Below are positions 27,187-38,280 of a DNA stretch of 64,000 nucleotides, in pieces (positions within the stretch are counted from its first letter, which is position 1; every line of letters starts with the position of its first letter). Under the pieces are notes generated by a model, which saw only the letters and a program-made list of their open reading frames with translations, was not told where the DNA came from and did no database searches. The stretch comes from Bacillota bacterium (GTDB taxonomy: Bacteria > Bacillota > Sulfobacillia > Fermentithermobacillales > Fermentithermobacillaceae), in NCBI GenBank assembly GCA_050952065.1, contig JBMNKF010000003.1:28985-92984 (forward strand), written 5' to 3'. Both the position numbers and the translations under genes were made by a program.

Positions 27187-27603
27187 TTGAACCACAGACG
27201 AAGAACTACAAGCGTAAAACCGGGGCGCGCTCCTTCTCTCTTGGGCGGAATCGGATCATTGATAGCCATATGTTTCGGCGTCTTGTGGACCATAATGGCC
27301 CGTCAGATTACGAAGGATGCTCCTTTTGGCATCGTCGGCGTTTTCCCGCTATTTGGGGTCCTCTTCATCATAGCGGGTGTCGTCAATGCTCTGTACCATT
27401 TCCGGCAGGCGACCCAAGAGAAGCGCTACTCTGTACTGGATGTTACCGATTCCGAAACAGAACCCGACCCGTTGAACTTGAGATTTGGCCCGAAAGCGGT
27501 GGATGATGTCAAGCAGCGGCACCGGTTTTGTCCGTATTGCGGTTGTGACACAGAAGATGAGTTTCGGTTCTGTCCCTCCTGTGGCAGGGTGCTGCCTGAA
27601 TAG
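27187..27603 (+). CDS. membrane protein with a C-terminal zinc-ribbon domain
   Basis: Two TM helices followed by C-P-Y-C-G...C-P-S-C-G. Confidence 0.5.
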   Translation: MNHRRRTTSVKPGRAPSLLGGIGSLIAICFGVLWTIMARQITKDAPFGIVGVFPLFGVLFIIAGVVNALYHFRQATQEKRYSVLDVTDSETEPDPLNLRFGPKAVDDVKQRHRFCPYCGCDTEDEFRFCPSCGRVLPE

Positions 27604-28462
27604 ATAGGGGTGCCACAAGGTCTTCGCGAACCGACAATGTGCTCAGGTCGAGACGGAAGTGCCCGGTCACCTGGTCCTTGCCGCGGCCTAACGCGTTGTT
27701 TTCAACGGGACGTCCCCACCCATGGTGGATAACCAGGGGCATGCCGTCCTTCCTTCTCTTGTCAGAGACTATGCCGATGTGGTCATAGGAATTGCCGAAC
27801 ACTACGATGTCTCCAGGCTGCCACTCTTCGGCATTGGCCTGGTCCCACGGTTTCACTTCTGTAGTTAGCGACTGGGCCCATCTCGTCAAGAAAACGTACA
27901 AGTTTGGCACTCGCCTGAAGTCGATGTTGGGATCCGGCGAACCTGCCACCCTTGGGTATTCGTCAGGTGCTTCAGCGATATCTGAGTCTACTGATGCTTT
28001 CAGATCGTATCCAGCGTGCCAAAGGGCACGCCACACAAGGTCTGTGCAGACACCTTCATTGTCCGGGGGATAACCGCCATCATAGTAGGCGCTTTTGTAC
28101 TTGGGTTTCTCTTTGATTTGCCGGCGTGCCCCATCTACGATGTCCTGGTAATCGTCAATGCCGTTGGCGTTTGTGTCCAGGCCTGCCGTTACGCGAGGGA
28201 CTCTGATAGGAGGGCGGATGCTCGGGAGAATGTCGGCATTCCAAGCAAAGTAGGTAACTCCCGAGGCGACCGCAAGGACGCAGACGACGGCTGCCAGGAG
28301 CGATCGGGTTCTCAGTACCACTAGTGCGCCTATGGCCACCAGGAGAACAACCAACCCAATGGCTGTCGGACCGGTTGGCGCTAGACTATCCGGTATTCTC
28401 AGCAGTACGTCTCTCAGTATCCCCGGTAGTTCTGCAATTATCGACATCGCAATCGCAAGCAT
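27509..28462 (-). CDS. DUF1287 domain protein with an N-terminal membrane anchor
   Basis: DUF1287 signatures are present: YYDGGYPPDNEGVCTDLVWRALWHAGYDL, NIDFRRVPNL, PGDIVVF, HIGIVSD and GHFRL. The 3' tail overlaps the convergent zinc-ribbon gene by about 95 nt. Confidence 0.6.
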   Translation of the reverse strand: MLAIAMSIIAELPGILRDVLLRIPDSLAPTGPTAIGLVVLLVAIGALVVLRTRSLLAAVVCVLAVASGVTYFAWNADILPSIRPPIRVPRVTAGLDTNANGIDDYQDIVDGARRQIKEKPKYKSAYYDGGYPPDNEGVCTDLVWRALWHAGYDLKASVDSDIAEAPDEYPRVAGSPDPNIDFRRVPNLYVFLTRWAQSLTTEVKPWDQANAEEWQPGDIVVFGNSYDHIGIVSDKRRKDGMPLVIHHGWGRPVENNALGRGKDQVTGHFRLDLSTLSVREDLVAPLSIQAAPCHRRDRTETHLLCHNRNTDKTGAAA

Positions 28463-28866
28463 AGATTCACCTTGGTTCTTCTTGGCCCTTCTTCGGGAGC
28501 CAACTTCTGACGAACTCTGACCTCTTGACCTTGCCGATCTTTGTCATCACGAGCATTGTACCAATCAGGCCTATCAAGGTGTTGCATCAAATCTCAAGAC
28601 ATCCTTAAAATTCTCTTAGTTACAATCTCTTAGGGACACTCCTCTTGCGGGCGTACAGTAGTAGACTAGTTCGTGGGTCGCCTTGTGGCATCGTCACAAT
28701 CAACTTCATCTCCTGGTACGATGCAACGTTTGCTCTTGTCTGATAACTATTAAGTGTAAGTCGGGCGCCGAATACCATTAATCTCGCGCATTCGGTCCGA
28801 ACGTGTCAGAAACTATCAGAATGTGTTAGGTGCGTTTACGGAATTCTTCACCAACAGGAGGTCTTG

Positions 28867-29187
28867 TTGTTGGACCTGCGCATAGAGGATCACCCGATTC
28901 TCAGTTTTCCAGAGAAGAAGAAAGTGCGGTTTTACTGGCAAGGGCAAGAGATGGTTGGGTACGAAGGAGAGCCTATCGCCAGTGCTTTGCACGCAGCGGG
29001 AGTCAAAGTATTGCATAGAAGCCTCGTTCTACAAAAACCCAGAGGTTTCTACTGTGCCATCGGGAACTGCTCGTCCTGCCTGGTTGTAGTTGACGGAGTG
29101 CCCAATGTTCGCGCTTGCACTGAGAAACTCAGAGAAGGCATGCGCGTTGAGCGGCAGGATGGTCCTGGGCCTGCCCCCAAAGCTTAG
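28867..29187 (+). CDS. (2Fe-2S)-binding small subunit (HcnA / sarcosine-oxidase-alpha-N-terminal type)
   Basis: HRSLVLQKPRGFYCAIGNCSSCLVVVDGVPNVRAC is present. The start is one of three tandem TTG codons after AGGAGG. Confidence 0.65.
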   Translation: MLDLRIEDHPILSFPEKKKVRFYWQGQEMVGYEGEPIASALHAAGVKVLHRSLVLQKPRGFYCAIGNCSSCLVVVDGVPNVRACTEKLREGMRVERQDGPGPAPKA

Positions 29188-29190
29188 GAG

Positions 29191-30303
29191 GTGAAGCGGG
29201 TGAAAGAGACACAGCTTGCAGTAGTCGGAGCGGGACCGGCTGGCATATGTGGAGCGCTAGAAGCCGCTTCACACGGAGTAAAGGTTACAGTAATCGATCG
29301 TGCTGATGTCATCGGCGGTCAACTCATCAAACAGACCCATAAGTTCTTTGGCTGGCACAAAGTTTCTGCGGGTACTCGCGGTATTATCATCGCAAGAAAC
29401 CTTGCCGAAGAGATGGCCCAGAACCCAAACATCACTTTTCTTTCGGATACGGAAGTCTTGGGTTACTATTCAGACGGAGTCCTTCTTCTCGAGACGCCTC
29501 AAGGAGTTGAGCGTCTCAAATGCGATAGGACTCTAATCGCCACAGGCGCTGTGGAAAGGACCCTCTTGTTTCCGGGGAACGACCTTCCCGGAGTGTACGG
29601 AGCAGGGGCAGTTCAGACCCTCATGAACGTTCACGGTGTGAAACCGGGACAGTCAGTGCTTATGGTTGGCTCAGGCAACATCGGACTCATCGTCAGTTAC
29701 CAGCTGACTCAGGCAGGAGTTAAGGTTGCCGCACTGGTGGAAGCTGCGCCAAACATAGGCGGATACGCAGTCCACGCCTCGAAAATCCGTAGACTGGGTA
29801 TTCCGATCCTCACAGGTCACAGCGTGAAAGAAGTTCACGGACAAGAACAGGTAGAAGGAGCTACCATTTGGCAGCTCGACTCCAAGTGGCAGGGTATTCC
29901 AGGAACCGAACAAGAGATAGACGTTGATGTGGTGTGCATTGCCACCGGTTTGACTCCTTTGTCAGAACTCCTGTGGCAAGCAGGGGCGGAGATGGTCTAC
30001 GTTCCGGAACTTGGCGGGTTCGTGCCGCTCTACGACGAGAACATGGAGACCACCGCCAAGGGTGTATTTGTGGCCGGAGACGCGGCGGGAATTGAGGAAG
30101 CTTCCACTGCCATGGCTGGGGGGAAACTTGCGGGACTTTGCATCGCAGCCAGTCTTGGACATATCCAAGGCGAAGCGTTCACGTCCAAGCGCGACGAAAT
30201 TCGAAGCGAACTCGATGGCCTCCGTTCCGGACCTACCAGCGCTAAGGTAGTAGCTGGTCATGAGCAGGTTAGAAAGCTGTTGGAAAAGAGGGTGAGTTCT
30301 TGA
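29191..30303 (+). CDS. FAD/NAD(P)-binding oxidoreductase subunit (HcnB / PDH1-alpha-like)
   Basis: Two Rossmann motifs (VVGAGPAGICGA; MVGSGNIGLIVS). Confidence 0.7.
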   Translation: MKRVKETQLAVVGAGPAGICGALEAASHGVKVTVIDRADVIGGQLIKQTHKFFGWHKVSAGTRGIIIARNLAEEMAQNPNITFLSDTEVLGYYSDGVLLLETPQGVERLKCDRTLIATGAVERTLLFPGNDLPGVYGAGAVQTLMNVHGVKPGQSVLMVGSGNIGLIVSYQLTQAGVKVAALVEAAPNIGGYAVHASKIRRLGIPILTGHSVKEVHGQEQVEGATIWQLDSKWQGIPGTEQEIDVDVVCIATGLTPLSELLWQAGAEMVYVPELGGFVPLYDENMETTAKGVFVAGDAAGIEEASTAMAGGKLAGLCIAASLGHIQGEAFTSKRDEIRSELDGLRSGPTSAKVVAGHEQVRKLLEKRVSS

Positions 30304-30797
30304 GCGACGCAACTCTCATCTCTACAGGCGTACCCCAAGCGTCGGACTTGGAGAAGGTCACACCCCCGCTGGAGCGCAGGGAAAAGGGACCGGTCGTGAT
30401 GATCGAATGTTTCCAGGAGATTCCCTGCGACCCGTGCGCCTATAGCTGTCGCTTTGGCGCTATCAAAGAATTTGAGGATATCAACGACATTCCGGAAACC
30501 GATTGGGATAAATGCACGGGATGCGGGATCTGCGTAGCCGCATGTCCCGGTTTGGCCATTTTCGTGATAGACGAGAGTCCCAAAGATGGAACCTGCCGTA
30601 TAGCCTTACCTTATGAGCAGGTGCCATTGCCCGTTAAGGGGCAGGAAGTTGACCTTCTGGATAGAGCCGGAACCGTTGTCGGCAAGGGCACCGTTGACCG
30701 GGTCATTCCCGGAAGGAAGCCCGAAGGTACTCCCGTGGTGTGGGTCAAGGCCGCGAAGGAGCTTTCCCTCGTTGCCCGGAACCTGCGCACGGTGTAG
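30300..30797 (+). CDS. ferredoxin-like Fe-S subunit
   Basis: Cys clusters CDPCAYSC and CTGCGICVAACP are present. Translationally coupled to the upstream gene. Confidence 0.55.
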   Translation: MSDATLISTGVPQASDLEKVTPPLERREKGPVVMIECFQEIPCDPCAYSCRFGAIKEFEDINDIPETDWDKCTGCGICVAACPGLAIFVIDESPKDGTCRIALPYEQVPLPVKGQEVDLLDRAGTVVGKGTVDRVIPGRKPEGTPVVWVKAAKELSLVARNLRTV

Positions 30798-30812
30798 GGA
30801 GGCTAGCTGACC

Positions 30813-31097
30813 ATGAAGGAAGAAGACATCATTGTCTGTCGTTGTGAAGACGTTACTTTGGGAGACATAAGGAAAGCCATCCGCGAAGGTGCAACTACAA
30901 TGGATGAGATTCGCAGGATTACTAGGGCGGGGATGGGGCCTTGTCAGGGACGTACTTGCCGGCTTCTGATTGCAGGCGAGCTCGCCAGAGCTTTGGGCAA
31001 GCCCGTATCACAGGTATCCCCCTCCACGTTCAGGCCTCCAACAAAGGCCATTAAGATGGGCGACCTTGCGCTGGCCGCTCCGAAGGAGGAGGAATAG
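30813..31097 (+). CDS. BFD-like (2Fe-2S)-binding domain protein
   Basis: CRCEDVT...GMGPCQGRTC is present. Confidence 0.6.
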   Translation: MKEEDIIVCRCEDVTLGDIRKAIREGATTMDEIRRITRAGMGPCQGRTCRLLIAGELARALGKPVSQVSPSTFRPPTKAIKMGDLALAAPKEEE

Positions 31098-31099
31098 CC

Positions 31100-32248
31100 T
31101 TGAGACCTACAGCTGACGCAGTAGTAATCGGAGGCGGTGTGGTAGGTGCTTCCACGGCATATAACCTCCTGAAGTCCGGTGTGAAAAACGTAGTACTCTG
31201 CGAGAAAGCGACTTTTGCCAACGGTTCGACTGGACGTTGCGGGGCAGGTGTACGCGAGCAGTGGGGTTCGGAAGGAAACTGCCGCTTGGCGCAGGCTGCT
31301 ATCGATATTCTCGAGGGCCTGCAGGAAGAGCTGGAGTATGAGCACTCGCTGGAGTTCAAGCAAAACGGGTACCTGATGCTGGCCTACACAGACAAAGAGT
31401 GGGACCAGTTTAAGAAAAACGTGGAATTACAGCATGGGCTCGGCATCAGGGCGCAGTTGCTGACGCCCCAAGGGGCCACCGAGATAGTCCCTCAGCTCAA
31501 TATTGAGGGATTGCAGGGAGCCACCTTCAACCCAAGAGACGGGCACGCTAACCCGTTCCATACCACAAGAGCGTATCTGAAGGCTGCGGAGAGACTCGGC
31601 GGCGACATCAACTATTTCACTGAAGTCACAGACATTAAGGTCGAAGGTGGCAGAGTGAAATCGGTCATCACAGACAAGGGCGAGATCGCCACTTCCGTGG
31701 TGGTCAACGCCGCAGGACCTTGGGCGAAGCAGGTAGGAGCCATGGCCGGGGTGGATTTGCCCTTGTATACTCAGAGACACCAGATCCTGGTTACCGAGCC
31801 TGTCGGTTTCTTGCTTGGCCCAATGCTGATGTCTTTTTCGCTGGGCATTTACTCTCAGCAGACGCCTCACGGCTCGCTGGTAATGGGCATAGGTGACCCA
31901 AACGAACCCAAAGGCTACGACATCGGACATTCTTGGGAGTTCCTGCACGAAATGAGCAGGATCATGTGCAGACTGTTGCCTCCTCTCAAGGAAGTCAGAG
32001 TGGTCAGGCAGTGGTCAGGGCTCTACACCATGACGCCCGACGCTCACCCGATTCTTGGCGCAGTACCGGGTCTTGATGGGTATTATCAGGCTGTGGGCTT
32101 CAGCGGTCACGGGTTCATGTTGGCTCCCGTAGTGGGGAGACTCCTGACCTCGATGATCAAAGGAGAAGAGCCGTACATCGATGTTAGCAACCTCGACCTA
32201 GGCAGATTCGAGCGAGGCGACCTCCGCGTCGAACCGTCGGTAGTGTAG
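31100..32248 (+). CDS. FAD-dependent amino-acid oxidoreductase (DAO family; sarcosine-oxidase-beta / PDH1-beta / HcnC-like)
   Basis: VVIGGGVVGASTAYNL dinucleotide-binding motif and DAO-family overall similarity. Confidence 0.75.
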   Translation: MRPTADAVVIGGGVVGASTAYNLLKSGVKNVVLCEKATFANGSTGRCGAGVREQWGSEGNCRLAQAAIDILEGLQEELEYEHSLEFKQNGYLMLAYTDKEWDQFKKNVELQHGLGIRAQLLTPQGATEIVPQLNIEGLQGATFNPRDGHANPFHTTRAYLKAAERLGGDINYFTEVTDIKVEGGRVKSVITDKGEIATSVVVNAAGPWAKQVGAMAGVDLPLYTQRHQILVTEPVGFLLGPMLMSFSLGIYSQQTPHGSLVMGIGDPNEPKGYDIGHSWEFLHEMSRIMCRLLPPLKEVRVVRQWSGLYTMTPDAHPILGAVPGLDGYYQAVGFSGHGFMLAPVVGRLLTSMIKGEEPYIDVSNLDLGRFERGDLRVEPSVV

Positions 32249-32327
32249 TCTGTCGAAACAGAGGGAATAATCGTCTGCGTTTTGGGCTTCCGGGGGTTTT
32301 GCAGGATTCTTACGGAATCTGGCGAAC

Positions 32328-33551
32328 TTGTCCTCCAACACTGTACAGTGTGGGGGGCGTCCCTTGGAAGCCCAGTCTATCGTAGAAGACCTTGCCGCAG
32401 TCATAAAGCGTCCCATCACTCTGGAAGACGCTTCGGGGCGCCTCATTGCCTATTCGGTCCACGATGTGCCCGTTGATAGCGTTCGCTTGGAAACGCTCCT
32501 TCGAAAAGGCATTTCCCATTCTACCAGAGAGGCTCTGACTAGCAGAGGAGTGTACCGACTCATAGACGGAACGGGCGGCATCACTGTTGTGCCCGGAATC
32601 CCCGAAATTGGCTTCGAACCAAGAGTAGCTATGGCCATTAGACGCGAGTCAGAGGTGCTTGGGTACTTGTGGGTTGCCTGCGGTCAAGAACCGATCTCGG
32701 CAGAAGCCGAACACGCTGTTTTGGAGGCTGCGCGTCTTCTCAGCAGGCAACTGGCGAAGGCTCGACCCGAAGGCCGGACCAAATCATTAGGTCAGGAATC
32801 GGATCTGGTTAAGGACCTTGTGGGTGGCGTTCTGCGCGATGACTCGGAGGTAAGGGCTAGGGTGCGCGAGACAGGCTGGCAGCTGATCCCCTGGTTCCAG
32901 GTACTAGTGATCCACCATATGCCTGTGTCGGCGAAACCGGTATCTTGGTACCTCGGAGAACTACTGTCGGCCCTCGGTGATAGATACGGGCATCCCCTGG
33001 CAGGGTTTGTGGACGGCCGCGGAGTTGTAGTGCTCTCAGGGTCAACCCGAAAGGCCCAAGGAGATATGGCTTCCAGCGTAAACGCCCGTATGTCTCGATG
33101 TGGCGAGCCTTTGGCAATGGTCGGAGTTGGCGGCCTTCAGCACAGCGTGGGCGACATACAGGAGTCCTACGCAGAAGCGCTAAGGGCTATAGACCTGGGG
33201 GCAAGGGTGAGCCCCAAAGCGGCTTTTCTGGAGTACAGGTCGCTGGCCCCCTACGACCTTCTTCTCTGCATGGCGGCTTGCCCCATGTGCGGGTACTACG
33301 GTAGGGATGCCATCGAGAGACTCGTGACTTACGATTCCATGCACGGTCAAGGCCTTGTACAGACTCTGGAAGCCTACCTGGACTGGTATGGCAGGAGGAG
33401 AAAGGCTGCCGCACAGTTGAACGTTCATCCCAACACCCTCGATTACCGCATAAGGAAGATATCTGAGATTACCGGTTTGGACCTTGATGATCCTAGCGTG
33501 AGACTAACGCTCCACATCTGGACAAAGGCGTTGTTGGTGTCCAAGCGGTGA
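32328..33551 (+). CDS. PucR/CdaR-family transcriptional regulator
   Basis: C-terminal PucR helix-turn-helix (LEAYLDWYGRRRKAAAQLNVHPNTLDYRIRKISEITGLDLDDP). The start codon is uncertain (TTG). Confidence 0.65.
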   Translation: MSSNTVQCGGRPLEAQSIVEDLAAVIKRPITLEDASGRLIAYSVHDVPVDSVRLETLLRKGISHSTREALTSRGVYRLIDGTGGITVVPGIPEIGFEPRVAMAIRRESEVLGYLWVACGQEPISAEAEHAVLEAARLLSRQLAKARPEGRTKSLGQESDLVKDLVGGVLRDDSEVRARVRETGWQLIPWFQVLVIHHMPVSAKPVSWYLGELLSALGDRYGHPLAGFVDGRGVVVLSGSTRKAQGDMASSVNARMSRCGEPLAMVGVGGLQHSVGDIQESYAEALRAIDLGARVSPKAAFLEYRSLAPYDLLLCMAACPMCGYYGRDAIERLVTYDSMHGQGLVQTLEAYLDWYGRRRKAAAQLNVHPNTLDYRIRKISEITGLDLDDPSVRLTLHIWTKALLVSKR

Positions 33552-33611
33552 GCCGCTTCGGCACCTTTACGAAGGTGCGGAATCTCAATGTGATAACCGG
33601 CATGGGACTCG

Positions 33612-35103
33612 CTATGGCACCCAAAGGAAGTCTTTCCCGGATGACCTTCTTGGGTGACTCATAGGTTCAGCTATCAACATGAATTCCTCTGCATAGAGAT
33701 TTGGGCAGTACGGTCTGCTCGTGTATTGCCCCGCGCCTGGCACTCTTGGGGTTTTGGTGCCAGAGCCCGGTTCAGGCTCGGGTTCGAGCTTTCCTTGAGC
33801 ATAGTCTCTGGGGATCGACAGCAACCTTTCTGTGAGGGGATTCGTCTCTGGATCGGGAAGATTCAGGAACCGCACCTCTGTCACTTGAAATCCCGAGTCC
33901 CAGAACCAACCTAACGCTTTTTCGGGAGAAGCTGTCGGCCCCCATGCCGGCCTCGGATAGGTACGTGGTTCTGCAGCCAAGAGAAGCGGCAAGATTCTCT
34001 CACTTGACCATGAGTTCCTGATGATAGCCACCATATGGGAATTGTCTGCCATGACGGCCCTTGTTTGCCTCAAGAACCTCCTGGGGTTTGTTGAGGCTTC
34101 CAGACACCACTGAGCCAGTACCAGGTCAAATTTCCCCTGGGAGTCAAGATCTGAGGGGATGTCTTTCATCTCCTTGAACACCGGTGCTCCACCGTTTCCT
34201 GACAGGTGAGTTAGCGCGACTTTCTTGAGACCTCGGTCTGCTTCGAGTCCCGTGACGCTTTCAGCGCCTTCCCATAGAGCTCTCAGGAGATTGGCGCCTG
34301 CCCTGCAACGAAGGTCAAGGACTCGTTTTCCCCGGGGGTCAATCGTTTCGAAGAATTCGGGACGCGGGTACGGGAAGTTGGGATCGTCAACTCCCCACTT
34401 TGCGCAGAAGCGGTTTGCAGTGGAGTCGAGAACGTACCGGGGATAACCGCTGTTGCTTGGGATGGTCGGGGATGCATAGGTGTTTGAGGTTAGTGAGATG
34501 TCGGATGACCTGGATATACTGTGGGTACCGGTAGTGCTGTTGTGAACTAGGGTGTCGCCTGCTAGATAGACCGTACGACCCAAGAGAGCGGCCTTTAGGC
34601 AAATATCGTCGTCTTGGAACCTTCCCGGGCACAAGACTTCATCGAAACCTCTTGCCTCATGAAACAATTCTCTGCCTATGAGCATGGCATCGGAGCCTAC
34701 GCTCACAGTTGGCCGCCATTTGCATGGATTACGTCTGTTGGACCTTCCTCCGACGGGAGCCTGACTGCACAGGGGTCCCACGATTCCTGCTCCCGTGTTC
34801 TCTATACAGGACAGCATGTTCGTGAGCCATCCGGGGGGTCACCACAGTGCTGCCGTCCATGAACAATAGGTACTTGCCTCGAGCCTCCGCAGCAACCCGG
34901 TTCTTTACGCTGAACGGGTTTCTTGCACACTCTTTGCGGACAAATCTTATGTTGTCCTGTCCGGTAACCAAATCGTCAAGTTCGTGAAACGGAGGTTGCG
35001 TGGCTATGACCTCGTGTTCTTCCGGAGTGAACTCCGCTAGACTCTTGAGACACAGTCGGGCCTCTTCCGGATTATCCGATGTGACCACGATTATGCTAAC
35101 CAA
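33612..35103 (-). pseudogene. GT2 glycosyltransferase / class-I SAM methyltransferase fusion, interrupted by a +1 frameshift in a G6 homopolymer
   Basis: Two overlapping ORFs (34729..35103 and 33612..34817). Removing one G from ccGGGGGGtc (34834-34839) restores FMDGSTVVTPGWLTNMLSCIENTGAGIVGP, which fits the GT2 consensus after the DxD motif. The downstream methyltransferase motif is VLDLRCRAG. Confidence 0.6.
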
Positions 35104-35230
35104 GGGCGGGCACCTCGCGTCAACATCCTATGAGGTGTCGCCCCCATGTGGCCACCTGGCATTTGCGTATACAGGGTATTGACACCAAGCAGAGAACGTT
35201 TTCTTCCGCCGTCTCTCGTGATATAGTCTT

Positions 35231-35512
35231 CCAAAGCCCGTGAAGGGGACGGTAGGCGTTAGCCAGGGTTCAGAGAGTCGCCGTCAGGTGAGAGGCGATC
35301 CCTAGTGCGCCGTTAGCACCCCTGAGGCGCGCATCGGAACGCTTTGGGCCCTCGAGAGGTTTCTTAGGGAGAATAGATCCGGCCCCGGGTGAGTATGGTG
35401 CGACGGATAGTCCCGTTAGAGGCGTTTGAGGCGGCCGCGTCTGGCCGCGCATCAAGGTGGCACCACGAGAGCAGGCAATCTCGTCCTTGGAGATTGCCTG
35501 CTTTTTGTTTTC
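35231..35512 (+). promoter_or_regulatory. T-box riboswitch leader of serS
   Basis: An AGAGAG bay and a T-box-like element AAGGUGGCACCACG (35454-35468) are immediately followed by the terminator hairpin GCAGGCAATCTC/GAGATTGCCTGC plus TTTTTGTTTT (35471-35512). The specifier could be UCC or AGC (both Ser) and is not resolved. Confidence 0.55.
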
Positions 35513-35558
35513 GGTAGTCCCAAAGAGGCAAGTCGAGACATTCGGGAGGTATGGAGTC

Positions 35559-36834
<1,276 letters not shown>

Positions 36835-37020
36835 CGCCCCGGCGCTTCGACGCCAGCAGAGCCTAGTGTTGGGGCACTGTGCCCTAACAAGACCCATTCA
36901 AACAGTGGAGACTTCGGAGGATACGGAGATACTCTGGTCGAATGCTGTCCTGTTGGTCTGGCGAAACGCTCCAGAATTCGAGACTCAGAAGTCTCGGGAG
37001 ACTGCGAGGAGGAGTATCTG

Positions 37021-37999
37021 ATGGATGAAATCGTGAGGCAGATCGAGGAACTGAAAAGGCAGCAGGCCGGGTTGGGCCATGTCTTGGCCACCTTGGCAAA
37101 GGCGATTGATGATGTTCAGTGGTACAACGTCATGCACGGGAAAGCTACCGTCGACAAAGTCCTTTTTACCGGGCCGCCCCCGGCTAATCTCCTGGCTCAG
37201 TCACCTCAGGACCGAGGCAACCCCCTCAAGATCCATGCCTATACCTTTGCGCCAACAGGTATCGATCAGTCCAAGAAGCACCCGTTGCTCGTATTCGTCC
37301 ACGGAGGAGTTCATTGCCAACTTCAATACTGATTCCGCTCATATCGTGCAGGAACTTGTGGCTCAGGGCTACATAGTGGTTGCCCCCGATTACCGCGGCA
37401 GCACAGGATACGGAGAGCAGTTTTACAAGTTTATCGACTATGGGCGGTCTCGAGGTCGAAGATGCCTTTGCTGCCCGCAACTTCATGATCGAGAATGAGC
37501 CGCTGGTTGATCCCGGATCGAGTTGGCATATTGGGATGGAGCCACGGCGGGCTTATCACACTGATGAACATCTTCAATCATCCCGATGCCTACAAAGTGG
37601 CCTACGCCGGTGTCCCGGTTAGCGACCTTGTGGCCCGCATGGGGTACAAGGGCCCCCACTACCAGAGCCTGTTTTCGGCCCCATACCATATTGGGAAGAC
37701 GGCTGTCGAGGACCCCGCGGAGTATATCAGGAGGTCGCCGGCTTGGCAGGTTGAGAGACTTGAGACACCATTGCTGATACACACGACTACAAACGACGAA
37801 GATGTCAATGTCCTGGAAGTCTTGCACCTGATAAAGGCCCTGAAGGCTGCCGGGAAGGAGTTCGAATACAAGGTTTACGAAAACGAGCCCGGCGGCCACG
37901 TGTTCAACAGGAATAGACACCAAGGCTGCCAAGGAATCCAGGAAAGAGATATACGCTTTCCTGGCCCGTTATCTCGAACCGGAGACTCCGACACAATAA
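37021..37999 (+). pseudogene. alpha/beta-hydrolase peptidase (S9 prolyl-oligopeptidase / dienelactone-hydrolase-like) with four +1 frameshifts
   Basis: The fragments are LLVFVHGG, DSAHIVQELVAQGYIVVAPDYRGSTGYGEQF, LEVEDAFAARNFMIENEPLVDP, DRVGILGWSHGG (the nucleophile elbow GWSHGG) ...EYKVYENEPGGHVF, and the C-terminal IDTKAAKESRKEIYAFLARYLEPETPTQ. The shifts are at about 37315, 37443, 37515 and 37912, each fixed by deleting one base. Confidence 0.65.
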
Positions 38000-38090
38000 G
38001 CATCGGTTTCTTGCGCGATTCTTGGGGAAAGAAAACCAGACCAGGCACTTTTGGGTGCAGGTCTGGTTAATTCTGTGTCATGCTCCTGGT

Positions 38091-38280
38091 TTACTCGCGG
38101 TCTGCTCGAAGAACGCCTCCTGCTGGCCAAGTTGTAGTTAGCCATATCCCTGATAATGATGGTTACAGCCGTGGGCGGTACTTGGAGTGACTTAACTATT
38201 GCCTCGGTCACCAACTTTGCCAACTCTCGTTTCTGTTCCACGGTTCTGCCTTCGAGCATTTCTACCTGCACGATTGGCAC
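38091..38280 (-). pseudogene. 4-oxalocrotonate tautomerase family enzyme with a +1 frameshift near its 3' end
   Basis: The N-terminus MPIVQVEMLEGRTVEQKRELAKLVTEAIVKSL matches 4-OT (Pro1). Deleting one T at about 38128 gives ...IIIRDMANYNWPAGGVLRADRE*, which matches the 4-OT C-terminus. As sequenced, the ORF runs on to 37969 with a non-homologous tail. Confidence 0.55.

Noticed and set aside
35457-35558. ORF-track start of serS at 35457
   Set aside because: That segment is the T-box leader (T-box-like element and terminator hairpin). The SerS homology and RBS plus GTG begin at 35559.
37969-38090. C-terminal 40 residues of the 103-aa tautomerase ORF
   Set aside because: The tail is non-homologous and created by a +1 frameshift at about 38128. 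The corrected frame ends at 38091 with the canonical 4-OT C-terminus.
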